The position numbers were made by a program, and so were the translations under genes. Of a stretch of 64,000 nt of DNA, positions 10,701-23,055 are shown piece after piece; the first letter of the stretch is position 1; every line of letters begins with the position of its first letter. The stretch lies in assembly GCA_043228905.1 (NCBI GenBank), contig JBHGNT010000006.1:744001-808000 (forward strand). Direction: 5' to 3'. Origin of the DNA: Azolla caroliniana (taxonomy: Eukaryota; Plantae; Polypodiophyta). Below the pieces are notes generated by a model. That model was not told the DNA's origin. It saw nothing but the letters and a program-made list of their open reading frames with translations, and made no database searches.

Positions 10701-11775
10701 CTCCTTCATGACCGACGAAGGGTACCACAAAACGCAGTCCGATCACTGCGTGTTTGTGAAGAAATTCGAAGGAGGAGACTCTCTAATACTCCTCCTGTAC
10801 GTGGACGACATGTTGATCGTCGGACGGGACCAGGTCAAGATACGGATGCTGAAGAAGGCTCTTCACCGAACCTTCTCAATGAAGGACTTGGGTCCGGCGA
10901 GACAAATACTAGGGATGCACATCATCCAGGACCGGAAGAAGAAGCAGTTGTGGCTGTCACAGGAGAAGTACGTGACGAAGGTGCTTCACCGGTTCAACAT
11001 GTCGGAAGCAAGACCGGTCGGATCGACCCTCCCGGCAAACTGCAAGCTGTCCAGCAAGCAAAGTCCCAAGACGAAGGCTGAAAAGGAGGATATGATGAAA
11101 GTACCATATGCCTCTGCCGTCGGAAGCTTGATGTACGCAATGGTGTGTACAAGACCGGACATAGGATACGCAGTCGGAGTGGTGAGCCGGTACATGAGCA
11201 ATCCCGGCAAAGAGCACTGGAACGCGATCAAGTGGATACTCCGATACCTGAAGGGCACGACAAACGTGTGCCTCCGATTCGGCTCCTGTAAGCCCGGACT
11301 CGACGGCTTTACCGATTCGGATATGTCGGCTGATGCAGATACCAGCCGGTCCACATCAGGGTATGTGATGACGTATGCAGGGGGAGCTGTTTCGTGGCAG
11401 TCGAGGCTGCAGAAGACGGTTGCGTTGTCAACCACGGAGGCGGAGTACATGGCGGCTGTTGAAGCCGGCAAGGAAATAATATGGATGAAGGACTTCATTA
11501 GAGAGCTCGGTATCCGGCAGGAGGAGTACCGACTCTACTGCGACAGTCAGAGTGCCATCCACCTTGCGAAGAACGCGGCCTACCATTCCCGGACGAAACA
11601 CATCCAGCGTAGATACCACTGGATCCGGGAGAGGATAGAAGACGAGGAGTTCGTGCTGACGAAGATCCACACGGACGAGAACGGGTCGGATATGCTGACC
11701 AAGGTGCTCACACCCGACAAGCTGGAAGCATGCCGGAAGAGGATCGGGTTGGAGAGACATCCCATGCCGAAGTGA
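7717..11775 (+). CDS. Copia Gag-PR-INT-RT-RNase H polyprotein (1352 aa from the first ATG)
   Basis: CFHCGKPGHFRKNC knuckle, WVVDSGASFH protease, LWHKRLCH..C..C, VHTDV/ADNGGEY/GLAERMNRT integrase, MDVKTAFLHG and YVDD RT, ALSTTEAEY RNase H. Very similar to Tnt1-type RT. Confidence 0.97.
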   Translation: MEGGGSGPPGMMVLNSQNYADWKIKMEDLLIVRDLYEPIDNAEIPKGVIESEWRLLNRKAVATIRQYVDVSVLQHVANDTNAYEMWRKLSGLYERKNALNRTSLMRKIVNLKYRDGESMVEHVSTFMGFVNQLAAIKFPLEDAMQAIILMCTLPESWENLVVTLSTSCTEDNLSLQTVKTSILNEEARRRDKEPASDSKALLTESERGRQWNRSPQRREKSGTRSQSRGRPTCFHCGKPGHFRKNCRHYRKDNGADDTDSKKSPERNGAYRGATDRRGQDRKGTTALAASEEEIMLITEEGELNIAGDETTWVVDSGASFHLTPERRYFSSYTAGEHGCVRMGNEGTCRIAGIGDVWLMTSTGCKMLLKDVRHVPEVRLNLISAGRLDDEGYTGSIRNGVMKFSKGSLIVARARKVNTLYLMNARLCPEELNVAADTAGELWHKRLCHMSEKGMKRLAEDNLIPVKHVHLEKCTDCLAGKQNRTSFHSRPPTRRSAPLELVHTDVCQVETKSHGGAQYFVTFIDDHSRRLWTASLKTKDQVLSVFKELHARVERESGKKLKAIRADNGGEYRGQFQEYCRSKGIRLEFTVPKTPELNGLAERMNRTIMERVRSMLAHAKLPKGFWAEAMSTTTYVINRSPSVPLDGDTPQKVWTGKEVSYRHLKVFGCLAYVHVAKDRRGKLDPKTRPCIFLGYGDDEFGYRVWDPVDKKIFRSRDIIFMEDKTLADWESEKKMKNSKSTSEDQLYEEQSRPARDRLALEDPAEDGEETEPAEEDENDTGTGPDPEMDSDEEESEEPVTEAPERRYPLRERRAPRRFPEPEHVLLTDEGEPESFEEAKHDTQSRRWLSAMQDEMDSLHENHTYELVELPKGKRALRNKWVFKLKPGDAGNPPRYKARIVVKGFQQKKGVDFDEIFAPVVKMTSIRTVLSIAASMDLEVEQMDVKTAFLHGDLEEEIYMQQPEGFEKKGKEHLVCRLKKSLYGLKQAPRQWYRKFDSFMTDEGYHKTQSDHCVFVKKFEGGDSLILLLYVDDMLIVGRDQVKIRMLKKALHRTFSMKDLGPARQILGMHIIQDRKKKQLWLSQEKYVTKVLHRFNMSEARPVGSTLPANCKLSSKQSPKTKAEKEDMMKVPYASAVGSLMYAMVCTRPDIGYAVGVVSRYMSNPGKEHWNAIKWILRYLKGTTNVCLRFGSCKPGLDGFTDSDMSADADTSRSTSGYVMTYAGGAVSWQSRLQKTVALSTTEAEYMAAVEAGKEIIWMKDFIRELGIRQEEYRLYCDSQSAIHLAKNAAYHSRTKHIQRRYHWIRERIEDEEFVLTKIHTDENGSDMLTKVLTPDKLEACRKRIGLERHPMPK

Positions 11776-12635
11776 AGGGGGAGTTTGTTGGGATTTCGGT
11801 CCCTCCGGATGGGATGTCCGGAGATGAATGACGGCAAGCCCGGTTGCGGTTACGGAGCCGGATGACGAAGACCCCGGCTACGGAGCCGGATGATGAATAC
11901 CCCGGCTACGGAGCCGGATGACGAAGACCCTGGCTACGGAGCCGGATGATGAATACCCCGGCTACGGAGCCGGATGATGAAGACCCCGGTTACGGAGCCG
12001 GATGACGAATGTACCCGGAGAAAGATCCGGATGCGGGGACATATTTGTGAATATGTTTGCCAAGAGCCCTTGAGGCTATATTTGTAAATAGCCCGAAAGT
12101 CATATGTGTATAAATATGACTTAGGGCAAACAGTTTGTTGTTGTTGCTCATTTTCTGTTTTCCACTGAGAGGAAGCGAAGTGAGAGCAGCCGAGAGAGAG
12201 TGAGAGAGTGAGAGAGAAAGAGGAAGGAAGAGGTCGACGCCTCTGTGTAATACCGCCGCCTGTGGCGAGGACAGCGAGCTCAAGGTCGTCGCTTTGCAGC
12301 TCGCCATTGTACATTCCCCGCGTATAGTGATAGTTGGAGTCTTGCACTCCCGTGGTTTTTTTCCCATTTAGGGTTTTCCACGTAAAACATCCAGTGTACC
12401 CTTCTCTCTCCATTGTTTTCGTGCATTCTTGTATTTCCCGCTTTCTGTGAATCGAACCTGTTCCTCGGTTGTGGCCGAGCACTGTTTTTCAACAGTTCAA
12501 ATGATCTCCGATGTCCGCTTCAGCTCGTACCTGGTTCAGACGGTATCCAGTTCTCTCTTGTACTCCACCTCAAGCTTGGCAAGTCAGGGATAATTAATCT
12601 GAGGTCTAACATGAATTACCGAAGCTTGTCGGCTC

Positions 12636-14540
12636 CTAGGGCCTTGGTGAAGATGTCGGTTGTCTGAAGATTCGTGTTGATGTGTTGAAGGTCGACATCT
12701 CCGGCTCGAACCGCTCTCGAATGAAGTGATAGTGCACTTCGATATGCTTTGTGTGTGCGTGGAACACCGGGTTCCGAGCTCGATAGATAGTGCTCATGTT
12801 GTCATAGTAAAGGGGAGTCAGATCCTTGATGGGAACGCCCAGATCCTTCAAAATCCTCTTGAGCCATACGACTTCACATGCAGCCACAACTACATCCCTG
12901 TATTTGGCCTCTGTGCTCGAAAGTGCGACGGTAGGCTACTTCTTACTACTCCAAGATATTGCTCCGTTGCCGAGCGAGAAGACAAATCCGGAGGTCGAAC
13001 GTCAATTGGCTCTATAGCCAACCCAATCGGCATCCATGTACCCTTCGAGTCGAATTGGTGTGGCCAATTCGTAGAGAATACCACAACCCATTGTACTGCT
13101 CACGTATCCTAATACTCGCTTAACACAATCCAAATGGATATCTCGTGGAGTTTGCATGAGTTGGCTAAGGAGGTCGACCACATAGCTGAGGTAAGATCGA
13201 GTATCGTGAGATAGATGAGGCTCCCAATCAGTTGTTGATACTGAGTCGGCTTGCACTTATCTGTGCCAGAGTCAGCGTCTAGTTTGAGGTTTCGATCGAG
13301 AGGGGTTGCCACAGATTTGCACTCAGTCATCCTAAACTTGTATAACAAGTTGAGGATGTAGTGCCTATGAGAGATCATAATGCCAACTGGAGTCCGAATT
13401 ACCTCGATGCCAAGGAAGTAATGGAGGTCCTTCATGTCCATCATCTCGAATTTGTTGGAGAGGAGGAACTTCACGTTGTTGATGTCGACTCAATGCTCAC
13501 CTCCAATAACCAGATCATCCACGTATAGGATGGTGACAATCGGGTTTCTAGAGTCGTTTCGTACGTAGAGGGAGTTGTCGAATTTCGACATTTGAAAGCC
13601 AATTGATGAAGATATAACGTTATCTTCGAATGCCAAGCATGCAATGCTTGCTTAAGGCCGTAGAGAGGCTTCTTGAGTTGGTAGACGACTTTCGGATGAA
13701 TGTTGGATTCAAAGCCGGGTGGTTGTACCATGTACACCTCCTCTTCTAATTTGCCTTGAAGAAAGACGTTCTTGACGTCCATCTGGTGGAGGTGCCACCC
13801 TTTCATCGTTGCAATTGCAATTACGCTACGCATAATCGTCATCTTTACCACCGGGGCAAAGGTCTCTTCGTAGTCGACTTCATGTGTATGTGCGTTTCCT
13901 TTCTCTACGAGTCGAGCTTTGTAGCGGTTGACGGAGCCATCGACATGATACGTCACCTTGTAAATTCATCTACAACCGATTGCCTTTTTGTGCAGTGAGT
14001 GGGGAACGAGATCCAAGTCTCATTAGACTTGCATAGTGCTCACATCTCCTCGTTCATTGCTTTGACCCATCGTGGATCCTTGGCTACTTCCGAAAAACTT
14101 TCTGGTTCTCGAATTGTCACCACCTTCATCATAAAGGGATAGTGGTATGCCATATAATCGATGTAGCCGAATCGGTTAACAAGATTCTTCTCATGGGTGG
14201 AGCGGCGAAGTTTTTCGTTTGCCATGACAATGGCTTTCTTTACGCTAGATGTCCTCATGATAGGTACATCGAAGCCACCGAACTTATTATGGAGTGAGTG
14301 AGTCGATTCATTGCCGTCAAATTGATCGTCTTCATGCTCCGGCATTTTCGCCTTGCCTTTCTCCATCTTCGGACTAGGCCAAGATGTGCTTTGGTCACTC
14401 GGGGGGTCTTGTGGCCCACTAAGCCTTGTTGTAATCGGACTTTCTTCGAACATGTGTTCGAGTTGATCTCCATCTTCTATCTCTTGTTCGGCGGATTCCG
14501 GGTTGACTGGAAATGATTCAGGAGGAGTCGGCTCAGGTTC
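12636..14540 (-). pseudogene. Element A RT/RNase H remnant
   Basis: YKARLV, QMDVKNVFLQG, DLHYFLGIEV and HTKHIEVHYHFIRE, split over several frames with stops. Confidence 0.9.
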
Positions 14541-17500
14541 TGTTAGGAAACGGGTCCCTCCGGATGGGAAGCCAGAACCGGATGAGCAGTACCCGGCAAG
14601 AGCTGGATGGTGAAGACCCGGTGAGAACCGGATGAGAAGTACCCGACAAGAGCCGGATGGTGAAGACCCGGTGAGAATCGGATGAAGAGTACCTGGCAAG
14701 AGCCGGATGGTGAAGACCCAGTGAAAACCGGATGAAGAGTACCCGACTAGAGCCAGATGGTGAAGGGCCGGTGAGAACCGGATGACAAGTGCCCGGCAAG
14801 AGCCGAATGATGTAGGCCCGGTGAGAACTGCTCACCGGATGAAGGGACATATTTGTAAATATGTTTTTGAGAGTCCATTGGGGCCATATTTGTAAATAGC
14901 AGAAAAGTCATATTAGTATAAATATGACTTAGGGAAAACTCTTTTGTGTGCTGCTGTCATTCTTGTTGGTGTGAGACTAGAGACCGCGTAATAGTGTACC
15001 GAGAGAGAGAGAGGGAGACAGAGGTCACTGCCTCTGTTGTAACCGCCGCCTGTGGTGAAGATCGTGAGCATGAGGTCGTCGCCTCCGTGAACTCACTGTT
15101 GTAACCATTGTCATATAATAATAGTTTGGAGTCTGTGGACTCCCGTGGTTTTTTTTTCCTCTCAGGGTTTTCCACGTTAAACATCCTGTGTTCTCTTCTC
15201 TCCTTTGTGTCGTGTGTATTCATTCCCGTTTTCTGTGTTTGATCTTAGACTTGGTTGTGGCCGAGCAGTGTTCATCGGAGCGTGCAGTTCCTGTCAAACT
15301 GGTATTAGACCGAAACGACACAAAAAATGGACGATTCGTTGGGAGGTATGTTCAAGCTCACCGGCTCCAACTATTCGGTGTGGAAATCGAAGATGAGGGA
15401 CATGCTCGTGGTTAAAGATCTTTGGTTGCCGGTTCAGTTCGGGGACAACAGACTGGACAAAATCGATGCCACGATATGGGAGGTGATGCACATGAAGACA
15501 ACGGCGTACATACGGTGCTTCATCGACATGAGCCTATACAACAACTTCAATGAAGAGAGCAAGGCTCATGAGCTCTAGGAGAAGATCGACATTATGTTTC
15601 AAAACAAAAATGCTGTTAATCAGGTTTTGATATTCTAGAAGCTAGTAAGACTCCGGTACCAAGATGGCTCCAGCATGGCGGAGCACATGAATGCCTTCCA
15701 GGAGCTGATACACCAGGCAACATCATTGGAAGTACCTCTGGCCGAGGAGGTACTAGCACTACTCCTGCTCGGTTCCCTCCCAGATAGCTGGGAGACGTTG
15801 GTTGTCACCTTGGGCAATGCCGGGCCGGAAGGGAAACGGTTATCCCTAGCAAGAGTGAAGTCGAGCTTGCTAGATGAGGAGGCGCGTCGGAAAGATAAGG
15901 ATACGAGCTCTGACTCCAAAGCGCTCCTTACCGAATCGGAACGCGGAAGACAAAGGAACCGGAGTCCCTAGAACCGGGAGAAGTTGGGGACACGGTCAAA
16001 GTCAAGGGGGAGTCCTACCTGCTTCTATTGCGGCAAGCTGGGACACTTCCAGAAGAACTGTCGGCATTTTCGGAAAGACAAGGAAACCGATGGTACCGAT
16101 TCGAAGCGGACACCGGACCGGAACGATAAAGACCGCAGGGGAACGGACCGGAAGGGAATGATGGCAATCGCGGCAAGTGAAGAAGAGTTGATGCTCATCA
16201 CCGAGGAGAGTGAGCTAAACCTTGCCGGCGACGAGATGACCTGGGTGGTCGACTCCGGAACGTCGTTCCACCTTACCTAGGACCGGAAATGCTTCTCATC
16301 CTACTCAGCCGGTGATCACGACTGTGTCTGGATGGGGAATGAAGGTACATGCCGAATTGTCGGCATAGGAGACATGTGGTTAACAACGCAAACCGGATGC
16401 AAATTGCTGCTGAAGGATGTCTGACACGTTCCGGAGGTTTGTCTGAACATGATATCAGCCGGTCGGCTAGATGATGAAGGCTACACGGGTAGCATCCGGA
16501 ACGGTGTTATGAAGTTCAACAAAGGGAGCCTGATTGTGGCTCGGGCCCGGAAGGTAAACACGTTGTACCTGATGAATGCCCGGTTATGTTCGGAGGAAGT
16601 GAGTGTGGCATCCGACACTACTGGTGAGTTGTGGCACAAAAGGCTGTGTCAGATGAGTGAGAAGGGGATGAAGAGGCTTGCAGATGACAACCTCATTCCA
16701 GTGAAGAATGTGCACTTGGAGAAGTGCACTGATTGTTTGGCTGGTAAGCAAAACCAGACCTCCTTCCGAACAAGGCCACCGATGAGACGTAATGCACCAC
16801 TGGAGTTGGTGCATACTGATGTGTGTCAAGTGGACACAAAGTCACATGCAGGATCACAGTACTTCATGACGTTCATAGATGACCACAACCGAAAGCTGTG
16901 GGCCACACCGTTGAAGACGAAGGATCAGGTGCTATCCGTCTTCAAAGAGCTCCACGTGAGGGTGGAAAGAGAAACCAGCTGGAATGCAAAGGCGGTTCGA
17001 GCAGATAACGGAGGTGAATACCGGGGGCAGTTCGAGGAGTACTATCGCTCGAAGGGAATCCGGCTCGAATTTACCGTGCCGAAGACGCCGGAACTAAACG
17101 GGTTGGCCGAGAGGATGAACCAGACCATAATGGAGAGGGTCCGGAGTATGCTAGCGCATGCAAAACTACCCAAGAAGTTTTGGGCTGAGGCATTGTCGAC
17201 GGCGACATATGTGACAGACAGATCACCCTCAATACCCTTGGACGGAGACACGCCACAGAGAGTCTGGACCGGTAAGGAAGTGTCCTACCGGCATCTAAAG
17301 GTATTCGGGTGTCTCGTGTACATGCATGTAGCTAAGGACTGGAGAGGAAAGTTAGATCCAAAGACGATGCCATGCATATTCCTCGGTTACGGCGACGATG
17401 AGTTCGGCTACCGAGTGTGGGACTTGGTCGACAAGAAGGTATTCCGGAGTCGAGATATTATCTTCATGGAGGAAAAGACGCTCGCCGACTGGGAGTTGGA

Positions 17501-20114
17501 GAAGAAGAAAATGAACTCCGAGTCGACCGGTAAGGATCAATTCTACGATGAGCAAACCCAACCGGCAAGAGACTGGTTAGCACTCGAGGAACCAGCCGGT
17601 TACAGTGAGGATACCGAACCGGCAAAAGAAGAAGTAGAGGAAGCTGAAACCGGAACCGGCCAAGACCCCGAATCGGATTCGGATGAAGACTAAATGGAGG
17701 AGCCGGTTACCGAAGCCCAAAGACGGAGATATCCTCTTAGAGAGAGAAGGCCCCCCTGGAGATTTCCGGATGCAGAGCATGTGCTGCTGACCGATGAGGG
17801 GGAGCCAGAAAGCTTCGAGGAAGCTAAAAGTGACGCCCATAGCCGCATATGGTTAAGTGCCATGCATGATGAGATGGATTCCCTGCATGAGAACCATACG
17901 TACGAATTGGTGGAGTTGCCGAAAGGAAAGAGGGTACTCCGAAACAAGTGGGTGTACAAGTTGAAACCGGGAGATGCCGGCAACCCCCTGAGATACAAAG
18001 CCAGGATCGTGGTGAAGGGGTTCCAACAGAAGAAGGGCGTGGACTTCGACGAGATATTTGCCCCGGTAGTAAAGATGACCTCCATCCGGACGGTGCTAAG
18101 TATAGCGGCAAGCATGGACCTCAAGGTAGAGCAGCTGGACGTGAAAACGACATTCCTTCACGGTGACCTCGAAGAGGAGATCTACATGCAGCAACCGGAA
18201 GGATTCATGGAGAAGGGGAAGGACCACCTAGTATGCCGGTTGAAGAAGAGCCTGTACGGACTGAAGCAGGCTCCCCGACAATGGTACCGGAAGTTCGACT
18301 CCTTCATGACCGATCAAGGGTACCACAAGACGCAGGCCGATCACTGTGTTTTTGTGAAGAAGTTCGAAGGAGGTGACTTCCTGATACTCCTTCTGTACGT
18401 GGACGACATGTTGATCGTCGGACGGGACCAAGCCAAAATACGGATGCTGAAGAAGGCTCTCAACCGGACCTTCTCAATGAAAGACTTGGGTCTGGGAAGA
18501 CAAATGCTGGGGATGCATATCATCCGGAACCGGCCAACGAAGCAACTGTGGTTGTCACAGGAGAAATACGTGACAAAGGTGCTTCAACGGTTCAACATGT
18601 CAAATGCGAAACCGGTCGGATCGACACTTCCGGCAAACTACAGCTTATCCGATAAGCAAAGCCTGAAGACGAAAGTAGAGAAGGCGGATATGATGAAGGT
18701 TCCATATGCCTCTATCGTCGGGAGCTTGATGTATGCAATGGTGTGTACCCAACCGGATATAGGATACGCAGTCGGAGTGGTGAGCTGGTTTATGAGCAAT
18801 CCCGGCAAGGAGCACTGGAACGCGGTCAAACGGATACTTCGGTACTTGAAGGGCACTTCAGATATGTGTCTCCGATTCGGCTCCGGTAAACCTCAACTTG
18901 ACGGTTTTACCAATTCGGACATGTCGGCTGATGTGGATACCAGCCGGTCTACATTCGGGTATGTAATGACATATGCAGGGGGAGCTGTTTCGTGGCAGTC
19001 GAGGCTGCAGAAGACGGTTGCGTTGTCAACCACAGAGGCGGAGTACATGGCGGATGTGGAAGCTGGCAAGGAAATATTATGGATGAAGGACTTCATCGGA
19101 GAGCTCGGTATCCGACAAGATGAATACCAGCTCTATTGCGACAGTCAAAGTGCCATCCACCTTGATAAGAATGCGGCCTACCATTCCCAGACGAAGCATA
19201 TCCAGCGAAGGTATCACTGGATCTGGGAAAGAGTAGATGACCAGGAGTTCGAGCTGACGAAGATTCACACGGCCGAGAACGGGTCAGATATGCTGACCAA
19301 AGTACTGATACCTGATAAGCTGGATGCATGTCGGAAGTGGGTTGGACTCGTAAGACATCCCATGCCGGAGTGAAGGGGGAGTTTGTTAGGAAATAGGTCC
19401 CTCCGGATGGGAAGCCAGAACCGGATGAGTAGTACCCGGAAAGAGCCGAATGGTGAAGACCCGGTGAGAACCGGATGAGAAGTACCCGGCAAGAGCCGGA
19501 TGAGCAGTACCCGGCAAGAGCCGGATGGTGAATACCCGGTGAGAACCGGATAAAGAGTACCCGTCTAGAGCTGGATGGTGAAGGTCCGGTGAGAACCAGA
19601 TGACAAGTGCCCGACAAGAGCCGGATGATGCAGGCCCGGTGAGAAGTGCTCACTGGATGAAGGGACATATTTGTAAATATATTTGTGAGAGGCCATCGGG
19701 GTTATATTTGTAAATAGCTGAAAAGTCATATTAGTATAAATATCACTTAGGGCAAACTCTTTTGTGTGCTGCTGTCATTGTTGTTGGTGTAAGATTAGAG
19801 AGCGCGTAACAGTGTACAGAGAGAGGGAGAGGGAGACAAAGGTCACTGCCTCTGTTGTAACCGCTGCCTGTGGCGAAGATCATGAGCACGAGGTCGTTGC
19901 CTCCGTGAACTCACTATTGTAACCATTGTGATATAGTGATAGTTTGGAGTCTGTGGACTCTCGTGGTTTTTTTTTCCTCTCAGGGTTTTCCACGTTAAAC
20001 ATCCTGTGTTCTCTTCTCTCCTTTGTGTCGTACGTATTCATTCCCGTTTTCTGTGTTTGATCTTAGACCCGGTTGTGGCCGAGCAGTGTTAATCGGAGCG
20101 TGTAGTTCCTGTCA
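14541..20114 (+). mobile_element. Element B: decayed Tork-like Copia inserted in element A
   Basis: LTRs at 14541-15296 (756 bp) and 19384-20114 (731 bp). Perfect TSD GGTTC. Degenerate PBS TGGTATTAGAC at 15300. PPT before 19384. Confidence 0.95.
15327..19373 (+). pseudogene. Element B gag-pol with multiple in-frame stops
   Basis: ORF pieces 15327-15578, 15675-15971, 15984-16280, 16449-17693 and 17694-19373 lie in one frame and are collinear with the T1 polyprotein. Confidence 0.93.
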
Positions 20115-20119
20115 GGTTC

Positions 20120-23055
20120 GTATCATGATGCTAATTCGTCGAAGACTAGATCTTGACGCACACGAACTTTCCGAGTGGAGGGGTTATAACACTTGTAGCC
20201 CTTTTGCTCCAATGAGTATCCTACGAGGATACATTTCTCCGACTTGGGGTTGAGCTTTTGTCGCTTCTTGTAAGGGATGTGCACGTATGGAATGGAGCCA
20301 AATATCTGAACATGTGATAGATCCGTCTTCTTTCCAAAAAACTCTCGCACGGGGTAACCTCATCTACACCGGATGTTGTACACCGGTTCCTTAGGTAGAT
20401 GGCTATGTTGGCGGCTTCTGCCTAGTACGACTTCGGCATGTGCTTCTCGTTAAGCATGCCCATGCTACTTCAAGGATGTGTCGATTCTTTCGTTTGGCTA
20501 CTCCTTTCTGTTGTGGTGTATGTCGACACGAAAACTCTTGCCGAATTCCTTCTTTCTAGAGAAAAGCCGAAAATTCGTCGGAGAAGTACTCTTTTCCTCT
20601 ATCCGATTGAAGACATCATACATGTCGACCTGTTTCCTTTTCAACTCTACTCTTGAATTTTTGGATGTGTCCGGACTCCGAACAGTTCACTCTTTTGTCG
20701 CATGGCGTAGATCTAGGTGTGCCTGGAGAAGTCCTTGATGAAGGCCACTTAGTATCGACACCTGCCGAATGTAGCCGTCTGAGCCGGTCCCCATACATCG
20801 GAATGAATTATGTCGAGTACGCCTTTGCTCACGTTCCTCTCCGTCGGAAACGGGTGCCAAATTGGTATGCTACACATACACCTTCAATCTCTTTCTTTTT
20901 GAAGGTCGGGAGTCCGATGACGACTCCTTTCGATTGCATTGCCTTGGGGTTTTGTAGGTTGATGTGGCCAATCCGCTTGTGCCACAACTCTATGTCGGTG
21001 TCGACTTTGGTGCCTTTTGGAAACATGGTCAATTTCATCTCGTGCGAGTCGAGAATGAACATTCGGCCCTCTCTTCGTCCATGAGTGATGGGTCGACCCT
21101 CTTTCTCGATGAAGCAATCGCCTTGATTAAATTGAACTTGCATCCCTTGCTCAACAATTTGGCCGACGGAGACTAAATTCTTCGTAATGGTAGGTACATG
21201 CAAGATATTCTTAATGTAAGTTTGGTTACCTTCTTTTCCAAATGGAACATTGCCGATGTGCCGAATCGGATGAGTAGTGTCGTCTTCGGTTTTGACATAG
21301 CCGGGTCGGTCCGGCTCTCGATGTTCTTGGAACCATTCTTGATGAGACGTCATATGGTTCGAAGCACCGGAGTCGACGAACCATACATCTTCCGGACTGG
21401 AGGCACTAGTTGAAGTAGAAGCTGACATAGAATTTGCTCTATGTCTTATCACGAACATTCCGCCATGGTCGTCATAGTTGGAATTTGTGGCATAGTTGGT
21501 TAGTTGTCCGCAAGTTGAAGCCGACTCACGCATCTTCTTTCTGCACTCTTCTTCATGATGGACGATTTTGTCGCAATATCCGCATTCAATCGAGGTTTGT
21601 TAGCTTGGGCCGGAATGGAAGCTCCCCCTTCTTCCGAAGGTTCCTCAATGGCTTACGTCTTGTTGCCGAAATTGGGAGTTGTTTTCGTGAGTCGGACCTC
21701 GTCCGCCTTGTCCTTGGCCGAATCGGCCTCTTGCTTGACCGCGTCCTCTTCCTCCGTTCGAATGCCTGTAGAGCATGTGGCCTTCCAAGGCATTGCTCCT
21801 TGTTTGAACATGGTTTTCTTTAACCAACAACAAGGATTGAAGATCGAAGAAAGAGGGAGGATTCTCCCGTGCTAGTATGATGGTGCTCATTGCGCCGAAC
21901 CGTGGTGCAAGGCCGCCGAGGCATATTTGCACCATCTGATCATCGTCCACATTGACGCTTATTGAGCCAAGAGAGCCACAAAGCTCCTTGATTTTCAAGG
22001 TGTAGCTTGTGATGGACATATACCTTTGTTGGATGTTGTTCAACTCTTAATGGAATTGAAGCTTTCGTGTCATCGTTGTCGCGTTGTTACGCGCGTGCGT
22101 GGAGAAGGGCGGAACCACGGGGGTCTTGGACTAAGGAGAAGGGGAGAAGGAATAGGACTTCGGAATGGAGCTTAGCACAAGAAGAGAAAGAATGAACAAG
22201 AGGAAGATGGAGGCCAAATGCTCAACAAGATATATTAGAACCGAAAACTGATTACAAAATGGCGGCCGCGTAGGCCGCACCAAACGACTATGATAAACCC
22301 GAAACCCTAATCCGACGAAGAAGAAAAGAAACCCTAAACCTAACGCTCGTCCTATGTGGTATACCTTTCGCACTCAAAATAGGCAACCCCCACAATGGTG
22401 CTCTTCCTCTCCTTTTATAGCACAAGGAGAGAAGACCGTTTTCAAAAAGGGCGCTACAAAATATCCCCTTTCAATCAATGGGGATATTTCCCTTGATTTT
22501 AGGGGAGGTGGGAAGGATGGGTCTTAACTCCCACCTCTACACGAACTACTATGTACCTATCTCTCTCTCTCACGTGGATGTGCGCGCAAAAGCACATCAC
22601 CTTTACACTTTACAAATCCTAAGGTGCATTTCTAGCACCATACTTATCACTATCGATAAATAGAAATACAACATGTTGATGTGCAACGTTGCACATCGCG
22701 GGTTCGCTTGCTTCGCTCGGGTTTCCGCCTACGGACGAAAATCTTCACGACATCGTGTTGGCATCGAAAATCTTCTTGAGATTCCCCTATGCTTCCTTCA
22801 ACATTTCAGTTTCTCAAATGTAGTTGAACATGTGGTCATGAACACATGTTACCAAGCAATACATCACTCGGCTTGCCGCTTGCTCCATGTTGAGTACTCG
22901 ACATCTTTCGGGCCGGGTCGATTTTCTTGTGCTTCTTTGATGTAGCTCCAATATCCTTGACTGACAAGGTATTGGTGCATCTTGTACTCCCAAGATGCAA
23001 AGTTGTTTTGATCCAACTTCTCGCTAGGGAGAATGCTCCCCATTTGAGTATTCAT
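20120..23055 (-). pseudogene. Element A gag, protease, GAG-pre-integrase and integrase remnant
   Basis: KLDQNNFASWEYKM, WFVDSGASNHMT, LWHKRIGHIN and KLNPKSEKCILVGY, with frameshifts; interrupted by the solo LTR at 22077-22752. Confidence 0.88.
22077..22752 (-). mobile_element. Solo LTR related to the LTR of non-autonomous element E
   Basis: TGTCGCGTTGTTACGCGCG...AAAATCTTCACGACA termini shared with E LTRs. 4-bp TSD TCGT. Removal restores the host gag frame (IFDANTMTRKLQ). Confidence 0.92.

Larger units (their letters stand above)
6977..12494 (+). mobile_element. Element T1: full-length, intact Tnt1/Tork-like Ty1/Copia retrotransposon
   Basis: 709-bp LTRs at 6977-7685 and 11786-12494 (TG..CA, one mismatch seen). 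PBS TGGTATCAGAGC at 7689-7700. PPT AGTGAAGGGGGAG at 11771-11783. TSD ATTCA/GTTCA. Single uninterrupted ORF. Confidence 0.97.
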
